IMG/VR virus record: IMGVR_UViG_3300030207_002922
Location: 1-28,180 of that record
DNA length: 28,180 nt
Strand: one strand, 5' to 3'
Source: a virus
Taxonomy: Duplodnaviria > Caudoviricetes
The position numbers and the translations under genes are program-made. Of this stretch, positions 20,145 through 27,997 are shown piece by piece (position 1 is the stretch's first letter; each line of letters opens with the position of its first letter). The notes beneath the pieces were generated by a model. It did not search any database, was not told where the DNA came from, and was given only the letters and a program-made list of their open reading frames with translations.

Positions 20145-21180
20145 AATTTGTATTGATGGTAGAGAAGTCGATTACATTAAAGCTGGGTATTCCTCTACAG
20201 GAGACTTAAAAGCTGCACAGTTAGATTTTACTATACCATTAGATATAGCTGTAGAAAAACAACTATGGAATAAAGAAGTTACTTTTTTTATGAATACTTC
20301 GGATGCCATCCCCTTGTTTAGAGGATGGATACATAGAGTAAAAGAAAATTATAATGACTTACAAATTCATGCTGAAGATGCTTTTGGATATATGTTAAAA
20401 GGTGGTGGGGACAATCAAGCCATAATAGCCCTGACTGATGAAGTTAATCTTGATGGACTTACAGCAGGTGCTGCAATCTCAAAAGCAATATCATTAGGTA
20501 ATTTAAACGATAAAATAAAAACAGATTATATAGGAGATACTAGTCCTGTAGTTTCCTCAGTTAATCCTAGACTGAGAGGAACTATGAAAATAATAGATAT
20601 AATAAAACATTTTTTAACTAAAGCAATAAATACAGACACCACTGATTTACCACGACCAAACATAGCTAAGATAATTGATGATGGCACTAATTCTCAGCTC
20701 GTGTTAGAACTATTAAGTGATGTTACCACAGCACCTATCAGTCATATATATGATGAGTATAGTAACTTAACAGCCTTAGAAATTATAAATAGAAAGGTTC
20801 CTACTATAATAGTGGTCAATGGGAAGAATGGAGTAAAAGCTACATTTGAGCACACAAGCGCTATTAGTGCACTCGACAGGAGTTATTTAGAAGTGACCAA
20901 TAATAATCTTACTTCACCTGCTGCATGCCAAGATTTTGCTCAGAAACTTTATATGGCTAATATAAATAATCGTTTTCAATATTCTATAAAAACATTTGAA
21001 GGTGCTTACTTAGTTGAAAACTCAGTGATACAGATAAACACTGGTGAAAAAGAGTATGATGGTAACTATAGAGTTACTGGTAAAAATATATCGTTTTCAC
21101 CCAGCCAGTATGAAGTCTCTGTATTGATTAACAAAAGACCTCCTACTCTGGCTGAGTATATTAGTAGTAGAGATAATTAG
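20125..21180 (+). CDS. Baseplate hub / Tal-like (gp27-fold) protein
   Basis: 351 aa. LDFTIP, LFRGWIHRV, IHAEDAFGYM and C-terminal VIQIN...DGNYRVTGKNISF match hub proteins. Last gene of the tail module. Confidence 0.65.
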   Translation: MLEVTPKICIDGREVDYIKAGYSSTGDLKAAQLDFTIPLDIAVEKQLWNKEVTFFMNTSDAIPLFRGWIHRVKENYNDLQIHAEDAFGYMLKGGGDNQAIIALTDEVNLDGLTAGAAISKAISLGNLNDKIKTDYIGDTSPVVSSVNPRLRGTMKIIDIIKHFLTKAINTDTTDLPRPNIAKIIDDGTNSQLVLELLSDVTTAPISHIYDEYSNLTALEIINRKVPTIIVVNGKNGVKATFEHTSAISALDRSYLEVTNNNLTSPAACQDFAQKLYMANINNRFQYSIKTFEGAYLVENSVIQINTGEKEYDGNYRVTGKNISFSPSQYEVSVLINKRPPTLAEYISSRDN

Positions 21181-21458
21181 GCATCATTCATGTTTGGTGG
21201 ACCACGTGGGTTACCAACAACACCATCATTTCTGCCATACGAAGGAGCGTAATCACCAGAGTTTGCTCCGCCACCTTCAACGTGTGCACCACCGGGATTT
21301 ATTGTTCTAGCTGCTATCGTACCTTCAACTTGCATTCCTTCAAATTCTTCACCGGAACCACCAAGTTTTTTGACAGACATGATTCTACCTTCATCGTTAA
21401 GACCTGCGTCTCGGCCCATTTTACGGCCGTATCCAGTAATATCTTTTTTATATTCCAT
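21177..21458 (-). CDS. Hypothetical Gly-rich 93-aa protein
   Basis: Directly downstream of nrdJ (2-bp gap); its stop overlaps that of the convergent hub gene. Confidence 0.6.
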   Translation of the reverse strand: MEYKKDITGYGRKMGRDAGLNDEGRIMSVKKLGGSGEEFEGMQVEGTIAARTINPGGAHVEGGGANSGDYAPSYGRNDGVVGNPRGPPNMNDA

Positions 21459-21460
21459 GT

Positions 21461-23326
21461 TTAGATTTCACACTTGTCACCAACACAAGCGAACTCACCC
21501 TTACCTTGAGTGTGGTCCTCCAACTCGTACTGAGACAGTTGTGTATAATCAATTATGGGTAGTTTCTTTATAAGCCTTTCGTAGGTTCTGGCATCTATTT
21601 CTTCATATGGGGCTAATTCATACTTACCACCGTCATATGGTAAAAATGATACTCCATTAATAATATCCCAGTTTTTATACACCCAGTTACCTACTTCAAA
21701 CCATTCATCATCTCTTACATACACAGTCATACTGGCATTATGTTCACACCAATTATGTTGTAAGTTTTTATAATGACTTAGTTGGTCGAGAGCTGAGACA
21801 TCTTTTCTCGTCATACAACCTTCTGGTGATTTGACAGGAAACTCTAGTACCCATGTACTTGCAGTCTCTGCGTCCTGTCCATTCTCTGGATGGCATGGTA
21901 TACCTGCTTCTTTCATCATTATAAATAATGGGTCACGGGCGGCAATCCTGTAACGACGAATGTAGTAGTTGGAATAACGTGGATGAACTCCTGACGCTGA
22001 GTCAACAAGTTGTGAAACAGTTCCTGATGGCTTAACACAAGTGGTAGCAACAGGTACATTTATACCCAATACCTTTGCTGCTTTACGAGATATGCGTAAA
22101 ACACGGCTTTTAAGCGCTTTTAAGCACTCCGAAGTGAGAACAGAGGGGTTATCCATCTGACCAGTCAAACTGACACCTAGAAGCCTTTCTACGTCACAGT
22201 TCTTTTTCCAGTCTTTTCTCAAGTATGGGAAGTCTGTAAAGGTAGCTTGTATTACACCAAGCCATGTTGCTGTCTCAACTTTGTCTAACAGTGAGTCGAG
22301 GTCATCGTCTTCTCTGACCACTACTTCCGAAAGATTACAGAACTCCATGTCCCGTAACATAATTTCTCCACAAGGGTTAGTTCCTTGTATTTTAGGAGCG
22401 TAACGTCTAGATGGGGCTCTGCTCTGTGCAGCACTGAGATTAAATATACCCCTTTCTCCAGTGCCTGATAGAGCTAATGACGCCCATTCTTTTAAAAATT
22501 GTGCTGCGGAAGGCTTTTCCCTAAATATTGCACTATTGTTTGCCATAGCACGTTTTATAGGGAAAGGCCACTCCTTAGCGTGACGCATATCTTTGTCATC
22601 AAGGTCACTCAAAGAGATTTGTGAGCTGCGTCTAACTCCACCCACAACCACTATTTCTGCAATTTGATTACATATATCGTGAGCTTCTAGTGTTGTGAGC
22701 TTTCTACCTTGGGCGTTGTGCATGGTCTCACGTATGAAATCATGCAACTTGATTAATGGTGCAGGACCTGAAGCACGTCCACCCATAGTCATGAGTCTAG
22801 CTCCTTCTGGTCTGATAGCACTGTAATCAAAGTATAAGTTCTGGCCGTCGTAGAGGCTTCCCATCAGTATCTTTACTGAATCAGCCCAGCCAGCCTTAGA
22901 GTCTTCTATAATGACTTTAGGCAAAGCTTGACCACTTTTTATTTCAGGCACTTCAGGCAATTTCTCTACTTCTTCTTGTTCCACTGAAAAGCCATACCCC
23001 GTTCCACACATCAGTATGTATAGACACTCGGCGAAAGCCTCGACGGTGTTAATCTTCCCAAACGCACAGTTGTATATACAGGTATTATCAAACTCAGCAG
23101 CTGGGCCAGCAGCCCATAGGAATCGCATGGAGGGCATCACTGCAAACTCTGTCATATACTTTCTGATTTTGTTTATTGTTTTTTCTGGTATATCTGGTCT
23201 TTTTGAAATTAAAAAACCTACTAATCTTTCTATTGTCTCAGGCCAATCTTCTCTACGGCCTTCTTCTTCTAACCAACGTGAATACGTTCTTTTATATATA
23301 AATTCTGCTACTTCGTTCTTAAACAT
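21461..23326 (-). CDS. nrdJ: Class II (adenosylcobalamin-dependent) ribonucleotide reductase, monomeric RTPR type
   Basis: RTYSR, PSMRFLW, YNCAF, GGRASGP, VVVGGVRRS, GTNPCGEI (radical Cys/Glu), FCNLSEV, TCVKPSGTVS and C-terminal redox pair ACVGDKCEI. No ATP cone, no intein. Confidence 0.95.
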   Translation of the reverse strand: MFKNEVAEFIYKRTYSRWLEEEGRREDWPETIERLVGFLISKRPDIPEKTINKIRKYMTEFAVMPSMRFLWAAGPAAEFDNTCIYNCAFGKINTVEAFAECLYILMCGTGYGFSVEQEEVEKLPEVPEIKSGQALPKVIIEDSKAGWADSVKILMGSLYDGQNLYFDYSAIRPEGARLMTMGGRASGPAPLIKLHDFIRETMHNAQGRKLTTLEAHDICNQIAEIVVVGGVRRSSQISLSDLDDKDMRHAKEWPFPIKRAMANNSAIFREKPSAAQFLKEWASLALSGTGERGIFNLSAAQSRAPSRRYAPKIQGTNPCGEIMLRDMEFCNLSEVVVREDDDLDSLLDKVETATWLGVIQATFTDFPYLRKDWKKNCDVERLLGVSLTGQMDNPSVLTSECLKALKSRVLRISRKAAKVLGINVPVATTCVKPSGTVSQLVDSASGVHPRYSNYYIRRYRIAARDPLFIMMKEAGIPCHPENGQDAETASTWVLEFPVKSPEGCMTRKDVSALDQLSHYKNLQHNWCEHNASMTVYVRDDEWFEVGNWVYKNWDIINGVSFLPYDGGKYELAPYEEIDARTYERLIKKLPIIDYTQLSQYELEDHTQGKGEFACVGDKCEI

Positions 23327-23368
23327 TTTACCACTCCAATTGCGGTTTCATTTTATAGTTTGAGCTAC

Positions 23369-23384
23369 TATATAAGCTTTTTTC
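23369..23384 (-). promoter_or_regulatory. Archaeal BRE-TATA promoter for nrdJ
   Basis: Minus strand GAAAAAAG-CTTATATA-GTAG about 45 bp upstream of the ATG. RBS GGAGTGG precedes the start. Confidence 0.65.
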
Positions 23385-23399
23385 TAATTTTAAAAAATA

Positions 23400-23489
23400 C
23401 TATTTAAAGTCTATTAAGACTCGCTTGCCACAAGTGCAAGGTTTATCTTCCTTGCACTCACAGCGGCTTAGGGATGTAAGTAAACCCAT
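23400..23489 (-). CDS. 29-aa Cys-rich micro-protein (CxC-x5-CxC), metallothionein-like
   Basis: MGLLTSLSRCECKEDKPCTCGKRVLIDFK*. The ATG overlaps the stop of the upstream ORF (TAATG), like most genes in the window. Confidence 0.55.
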   Translation of the reverse strand: MGLLTSLSRCECKEDKPCTCGKRVLIDFK

Positions 23490-23668
23490 TATAGGTGTTT
23501 TACTGAGCCATCCTTGTATACACGAGCTAGTCTACCATCTGGCATTCTTTTATCCTCGTATTCTACTTCTTCTTCTTCAGCTATTTCTTCAGCAATCTCT
23601 TCTTCAACTACCTCTTCGATAATTTCTTCTTCGATTACTTCTTCAACAACCTTATCTTTTTTAGCCAT
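23489..23668 (-). CDS. 59-aa highly acidic protein
   Basis: MAKKDKVVEEVIEEEIIEEVVEEEIAEEIAEEEEVEYEDKRMPDGRLARVYKDGSVKHL*. Strong RBS AAGGAGG upstream; below the ORF-track length cutoff. Confidence 0.8.
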   Translation of the reverse strand: MAKKDKVVEEVIEEEIIEEVVEEEIAEEIAEEEEVEYEDKRMPDGRLARVYKDGSVKHL

Positions 23669-23670
23669 AT

Positions 23671-23724
23671 TTATTCCTCCTTACAGCAATCAGCTGTGCA
23701 ATCACATCCATCTTTACAACACAT
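23671..23724 (-). CDS. 17-aa Cys-rich micro-peptide, metallothionein-like
   Basis: MCCKDGCDCTADCCKEE* (6 Cys). RBS GAGGAGG upstream; fills the gap between neighbours with 2-bp spacers on each side. Confidence 0.65.
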   Translation of the reverse strand: MCCKDGCDCTADCCKEE

Positions 23725-23726
23725 AT

Positions 23727-24065
23727 TTAACCTTCCTCCTCAATCTTAGCGAATTGTTCACCAATGATTGTACTTTTGACCATCTCGGTCTCTGCCCAAG
23801 GAACAATAGTTCCTGATAAAGCGGTACAGTTTTCACTACCGCTCCATGCGTATCCTGCTATCTTATTAGGGTCGTCCCCTTCAGATATGTCTGTGTTAGG
23901 GACAACAGTGTCCCAATATCCGGATAGTCCATTAGGACTGCAAACAGTTCTAAATCCTACACATACACCAGTTGGGTCTACATTAGGGTAGACTTCGTAG
24001 CGTGCTACGTAGACGTCTGCTTGACATCCTGCGCTTCCGGAAACAGTTATTGTTAATATACTCAT
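23727..24065 (-). CDS. Hypothetical 112-aa beta-rich protein
   Basis: Archaeal-type RBS AGGTGA 6 nt upstream of the ATG. Four Cys and four Ser-Gly dipeptides. Confidence 0.75.
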   Translation of the reverse strand: MSILTITVSGSAGCQADVYVARYEVYPNVDPTGVCVGFRTVCSPNGLSGYWDTVVPNTDISEGDDPNKIAGYAWSGSENCTALSGTIVPWAETEMVKSTIIGEQFAKIEEEG

Positions 24066-24096
24066 AATATTTCACCTTTTTCTGTCTTCGCCAATA

Positions 24097-24246
24097 TTAC
24101 TTGCGCTTTGCTTTTCTTTTCGTTGCCTTACGTTTGACTTTGGTGGGAAGTTTGGCGCCTTTAGGCGTCTCCTTTTCCCATCTCTTCGCCATCGCCGGCT
24201 TGTTCTTGTACATCCAAGCTCTCTGTTTCTTGCTCTTGAACGGCAT
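24097..24246 (-). CDS. 49-aa highly basic protein (MPFKSxxQR type), possible nucleic-acid-binding protein
   Basis: MPFKSKKQRAWMYKNKPAMAKRWEKETPKGAKLPTKVKRKATKRKAKRK* (21/49 K+R). RBS AAGGAG upstream; overlaps the previous gene by 86 nt. Confidence 0.75.
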   Translation of the reverse strand: MPFKSKKQRAWMYKNKPAMAKRWEKETPKGAKLPTKVKRKATKRKAKRK

Positions 24247-24529
24247 CTTCTTGCTCCTTTTGTAGTTCAGCTAGGTAAGCTTGCCAGTCTTTTACTAAAT
24301 CGTTTGATTCAATGAAGTTGTTTACAATCTCAGAGTTTTGCTGTAAAGCATTTTGCATCTGTATTGCTTGCTCTTCTGTTGCTTTTAGTCTGTCACCCAA
24401 TTGTCTTGTCTGACCTACTAACCAATTTAAGTTTTCACTGGTTTGTGCTGGGCCTTGACTTCTATCAAAGTCCTTTACCCATGCTTCTACATCGTTCATA
24501 CGTTTCTCTAGTCTTTTCAATGTTGCCAT
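24161..24529 (-). CDS. Hypothetical 122-aa coiled-coil protein with acidic tail
   Basis: Heptad-rich Q/E/L sequence; RBS GGAG upstream. Confidence 0.75.
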   Translation of the reverse strand: MATLKRLEKRMNDVEAWVKDFDRSQGPAQTSENLNWLVGQTRQLGDRLKATEEQAIQMQNALQQNSEIVNNFIESNDLVKDWQAYLAELQKEQEDAVQEQETESLDVQEQAGDGEEMGKGDA

Positions 24530-24539
24530 TTATTTACTC

Positions 24540-25607
24540 CTAGCAAGGACATGTGTCCTCGCAGATTTTCATTTGTAATAACTTATCCTTTGAATACCTA
24601 TTTAAAGCTTTCTCTCTCATGTTATGTATGATGTGTCCAGCTTTGTTAGGGTCATCAGTATACCAACCCCAGTCTCGGCCGGGCTCGTTATAGATACTCT
24701 CGAATATGAAATGAATGTCAGGGTTGGAGTATCCTGCGTTGATTAACTCCATACCAATTATTTTATTTTCCTCGTGGCTGCTATGTCCACGCTCTATATT
24801 ACGCTCTATAAGCTCTATAATGCATTTTCTAGGGGGCATAATATAATCATGCTGTATAGAGGTATGCTTAATAGGGCTTATATTGTTGTTTAATTTATCT
24901 AAGAGATAAGCTATGCTTAATGATACATTATGCTTTATGTCCATTTCATCACACATATATTCAACAAAATGTCTAAATGCTTTTTTACTTTTGTTGCTTT
25001 CTATCTTTTCATCTCTAGGTTCTGCAGCCATGCCATATATTTCTTCAATAGACATCTTCATAACTTCATCAACTGTGAGTTGTATACACCATACTCCAGT
25101 AGGTTCTTGTGTTACTTTAGATATGTATTGTGTGTTAGGTATCCTTCTCAAACAGGCTACGCTGTTGTTAATACAGGCTTGGTCTAGTGTTTTAAGTTTG
25201 TACTTGCTTTTTATAAAGGTCAAGTAATTTCTTAGCATGTCTCTTTTCAAATGCTCCGATAAGTCCACGTGCGACCATAGGTCTATATTCATTTGAAAGC
25301 CCTTGCCCCCTGTAAGATATATCCTTGGGATAATTCCGTTGGGTTTGCAGTACTGCCTTATAAATCTTCTTACGTCCATTAGACATTTTTTTACATCCTT
25401 TTCGTCATCAAAATCAAACCATATAGTATTTAAAACAGCTGAGTCATAATGTGTTTTACCTTCTGCTTTATCTGCTGTATCGTCAAAGACGTATACACTA
25501 GTGTAACAGTTTTTCTTACCATTAAACTCAGCTATCTTTTCTTCTAGCTGGTCGACGTTATAACATCGGGCTATTCTGGCTGGGATTCCGAATTCTCTGA
25601 AGTACAT
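24540..25607 (-). CDS. Archaeo-eukaryotic primase: PriS-like catalytic domain fused to a PriL-CTD/PriX-like domain
   Basis: AEP motifs CYTSVY, IWFDFD (DxD), YLTGGKGFQ and LRRIPNT. C-terminal PPRKC...H...GMELINAGYS...IHFIF...YS...ICEDTCPC resembles the PriL C-terminal domain. Confidence 0.85.
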   Translation of the reverse strand: MYFREFGIPARIARCYNVDQLEEKIAEFNGKKNCYTSVYVFDDTADKAEGKTHYDSAVLNTIWFDFDDEKDVKKCLMDVRRFIRQYCKPNGIIPRIYLTGGKGFQMNIDLWSHVDLSEHLKRDMLRNYLTFIKSKYKLKTLDQACINNSVACLRRIPNTQYISKVTQEPTGVWCIQLTVDEVMKMSIEEIYGMAAEPRDEKIESNKSKKAFRHFVEYMCDEMDIKHNVSLSIAYLLDKLNNNISPIKHTSIQHDYIMPPRKCIIELIERNIERGHSSHEENKIIGMELINAGYSNPDIHFIFESIYNEPGRDWGWYTDDPNKAGHIIHNMREKALNRYSKDKLLQMKICEDTCPC

Positions 25608-25879
25608 TCTTTTAATATTTCTATAGTTTGTGTCCAGTCTTTTGGTATGGCAAAGATGTCTGCACCATCACACTGTGAACCGTGCATTACTAAAACGATA
25701 GCTCTATCATCATTTGCTACCATTTCCCCTACAGTCTCACATATTGTAAGATGTTCTGTTGGGTCTTCTTGATTTATGCGATACGTTTTAAACGTACTAG
25801 CTGCATCATACCATGTTACTTTTACTATAGGTCCAACTGTACCTAATGTCTCTGCTTCTCTTGCTGTATTGTCTATCAT
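25571..25879 (-). CDS. Small beta-barrel (Sm/SH3-like) viral protein
   Basis: VKVTWYDA...CETVG...IVLV...FAIPKDWTQTIEIL is a common phage small-barrel pattern. Start moved to ATG 25879, after the upstream stop and with RBS AAGGA. Confidence 0.6.
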   Translation of the reverse strand: MIDNTAREAETLGTVGPIVKVTWYDAASTFKTYRINQEDPTEHLTICETVGEMVANDDRAIVLVMHGSQCDGADIFAIPKDWTQTIEILKECTSENSESQPE

Positions 25880-25895
25880 ATTTCCATTCCTTGTA

Positions 25896-26261
25896 TTAAC
25901 TTTCTTGTTCTTTAATTTTGTCATGTTTCCACTCCTCAAACATATCTGCCACGACATTTAAGTCAGGGTCATGTTTGTAGTATTTAGCATTTGGTGGTGT
26001 TTCACTCACACTAATAGGGTTATATGGTCTATCAAACAATAACCTATCATATGGTATACCATGGTCTGCTAACCATTCTTTTGTTGCCATAACCCAGTCT
26101 AAAGAGTTAGGTCTTTTACACCATATAGTTATATGATGTTCTTTACTCATTAACCAATGCATAAAATCTTTTACATTAGTCAATGGTTTGGCTCTCTCTA
26201 CCTCACGGTAATCTTTGCATGGAGTACATATGACCCCATCCATTCCAAATACTAAATTCAT
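25896..26261 (-). CDS. Capless HAD-superfamily (EcbF/BcbF-like) protein with degenerate active site
   Basis: NLVFGMDGVIC (HAD motif I position), HHITIWCKR (motif II), TKEWLADHGIPYDRLLFDRP. The nucleophile Asp and the terminal DD are missing. Confidence 0.7.
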   Translation of the reverse strand: MNLVFGMDGVICTPCKDYREVERAKPLTNVKDFMHWLMSKEHHITIWCKRPNSLDWVMATKEWLADHGIPYDRLLFDRPYNPISVSETPPNAKYYKHDPDLNVVADMFEEWKHDKIKEQES

Positions 26262-27796
26262 TTCTTTTTCTTTCCTTTTATGTCTTGGGTTATTTTATCT
26301 GCCCAAGCCGTCCATCTTTCTCCTACTACTTCCCAACTATAATGTTTGACTGCATGTTTACGTCCTGCTTTACCTGCAGCTAATCTTTTATCTGGGTTTT
26401 GATAGTAGTAGTCTAATGCCTCACCTATTGCTGTCTCTGAAGCAATTGCTCTCTGAGGTGCTGCACGTGCAGGGGTATCCCACCACATATCTTTATATGG
26501 TATTAATATACCTCTCTCACATATGTCTTCTTCTTCTAAATGGTCTCTACCATTTGGTGATGCGTCATTCATGTGTCCACCTAATGGAAACATTGGTATG
26601 TCTTCGTTTTCTGGGTCATCACACTTTATAAGCTCATATCCTGTCGTATAATTAGTAACACATATAGGTACACCACAAGACATAGCTTCTAATGTAGGAA
26701 TACCAAATCCTTCACCTGCAGTTGGTAATACAAACACATCCATCATATTGTATAAGTTTGCCATTTCTACTTCTGTAGCAGCTTCTCCTCCATCTAAGTG
26801 TCCCATCAATGGTGGCATCAAATAATCTTCTAATCCATACTGCTTAGCAAAATCAGGGAACTTCCATCCCATAGCATCATTCCAATCCATGTGTAATATT
26901 AACTTGGTTTGTTCTGGGCTGAGGTTATTCTTCTGTACAAACTGAGCATATCCTTTTATCAAACGTGGTAAGTTCTTTCTATGTTGGTTTCTAGCTACAC
27001 AACCTACATAAAATACATTAGGGTCTTTTTCTATAACTTTATTATCTGCATTAGATTCCATACCATATGTAGGATTCATCATAGGTTTAAATAAGCCAGT
27101 GTCTACCCCATGTGGTAAGTAAGCACAATCAACACCAAAGTCTTTTTTCAACCCTATTTGTCCATAACGAGACATAGCAATAGGATATTCTATGGCATCA
27201 ATTTGTTCTTGCCATGCTGGTATTGATGGTTCTCCATCATAAGGAATAATAACAGCTAACTTCCAAGGACTACCTTGACTTACTACTTTGTATGCCTTGT
27301 TCATCAACTCAGTTCTTTCTTTCCTATTTATTAACTTTCCTGTTTCGGGGTGATAGAAAGGTATAGTTACAGCTCTAGGAGTTTTAGCATCCGTTATATG
27401 TTTGAACATCTGGAAATCTAAATGTCCTAAAATTAAATCTGGTTTGAAGTTTTGCACCCAATGTGAAAATGACCTCTCTCCAAATCGTTCTTGACCGGGA
27501 TAAAGTATAGGTAGGTTTTCGAATGCAACCCACTTCTCAGTTTGACCTAATGGCCAAGGGGTTTCCCACTTAGAGTGGCGTGTGTTTTGACATCCACCAT
27601 AACCTATGTGGTGACCTGCATTATGTAGAATAGCACTAACATTTTTGGTGTTCGAACCAAAACCAGTTGGAGCCCATGGGCTATCTGATATTGGCATTAT
27701 TCTCAAACCAGTTCTGTCTTTGAATTCTAAATCATGGACATAACGTCCTACGGTGTTCTCAGTAGCACCTAATCTTGAGATTGACTGTGTAACCAT
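26258..27796 (-). CDS. Glycosyltransferase, GT-B fold, family GT4-like
   Basis: SDSPWAPTGFG, LPHGVDTGLF, VGCVARNQHRK, LYNMMDVFVLPTAGEGFGIPTLEAMSCGVP (E-x7-E motif) and YSWEVVGERW. Confidence 0.92.
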   Translation of the reverse strand: MVTQSISRLGATENTVGRYVHDLEFKDRTGLRIMPISDSPWAPTGFGSNTKNVSAILHNAGHHIGYGGCQNTRHSKWETPWPLGQTEKWVAFENLPILYPGQERFGERSFSHWVQNFKPDLILGHLDFQMFKHITDAKTPRAVTIPFYHPETGKLINRKERTELMNKAYKVVSQGSPWKLAVIIPYDGEPSIPAWQEQIDAIEYPIAMSRYGQIGLKKDFGVDCAYLPHGVDTGLFKPMMNPTYGMESNADNKVIEKDPNVFYVGCVARNQHRKNLPRLIKGYAQFVQKNNLSPEQTKLILHMDWNDAMGWKFPDFAKQYGLEDYLMPPLMGHLDGGEAATEVEMANLYNMMDVFVLPTAGEGFGIPTLEAMSCGVPICVTNYTTGYELIKCDDPENEDIPMFPLGGHMNDASPNGRDHLEEEDICERGILIPYKDMWWDTPARAAPQRAIASETAIGEALDYYYQNPDKRLAAGKAGRKHAVKHYSWEVVGERWTAWADKITQDIKGKKKK

Positions 27797-27802
27797 TTAT
27801 CC

Positions 27803-27997
27803 TCACTGTTTTATAGCTATAATATCACGTTTATTTACAATAACTGTGCCTTTATCTCCAGTAAGGTATACAAAATTCTCATCATCATTAGTTATCATTC
27901 CTCTACCTACTTTTGTCCTTTCTTCTTCACGCCAAACCACTTTGACTTCTGCGTCTGATAAAAATGCAGACAACGGTTTAATTTCTTTTTCATCCAT
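27803..27997 (-). CDS. Small Sm/Hfq-like beta-barrel protein (64 aa; alternative start 28012)
   Basis: N-terminal helix then VKVVW...GRGMITNDDENFVYL...TVIVNKRDIIAI, resembling Sm1/Sm2 motifs. Confidence 0.55.
   Translation of the reverse strand: MDEKEIKPLSAFLSDAEVKVVWREEERTKVGRGMITNDDENFVYLTGDKGTVIVNKRDIIAIKQ

Noticed and set aside
23555-23650. TTC-rich tandem-like repeats as a possible CRISPR or satellite
   Set aside because: No repeat-spacer structure; explained by Glu codons of the 59-aa ORF.
78-25957. ORF-track starts at 78, 3568, 8743, 17004 and 25957
   Set aside because: Better starts are given by the open upstream frame (ORF1), stop-start overlaps (3583, 17025), the frameshift or ATG 8833, and RBS position (25879).
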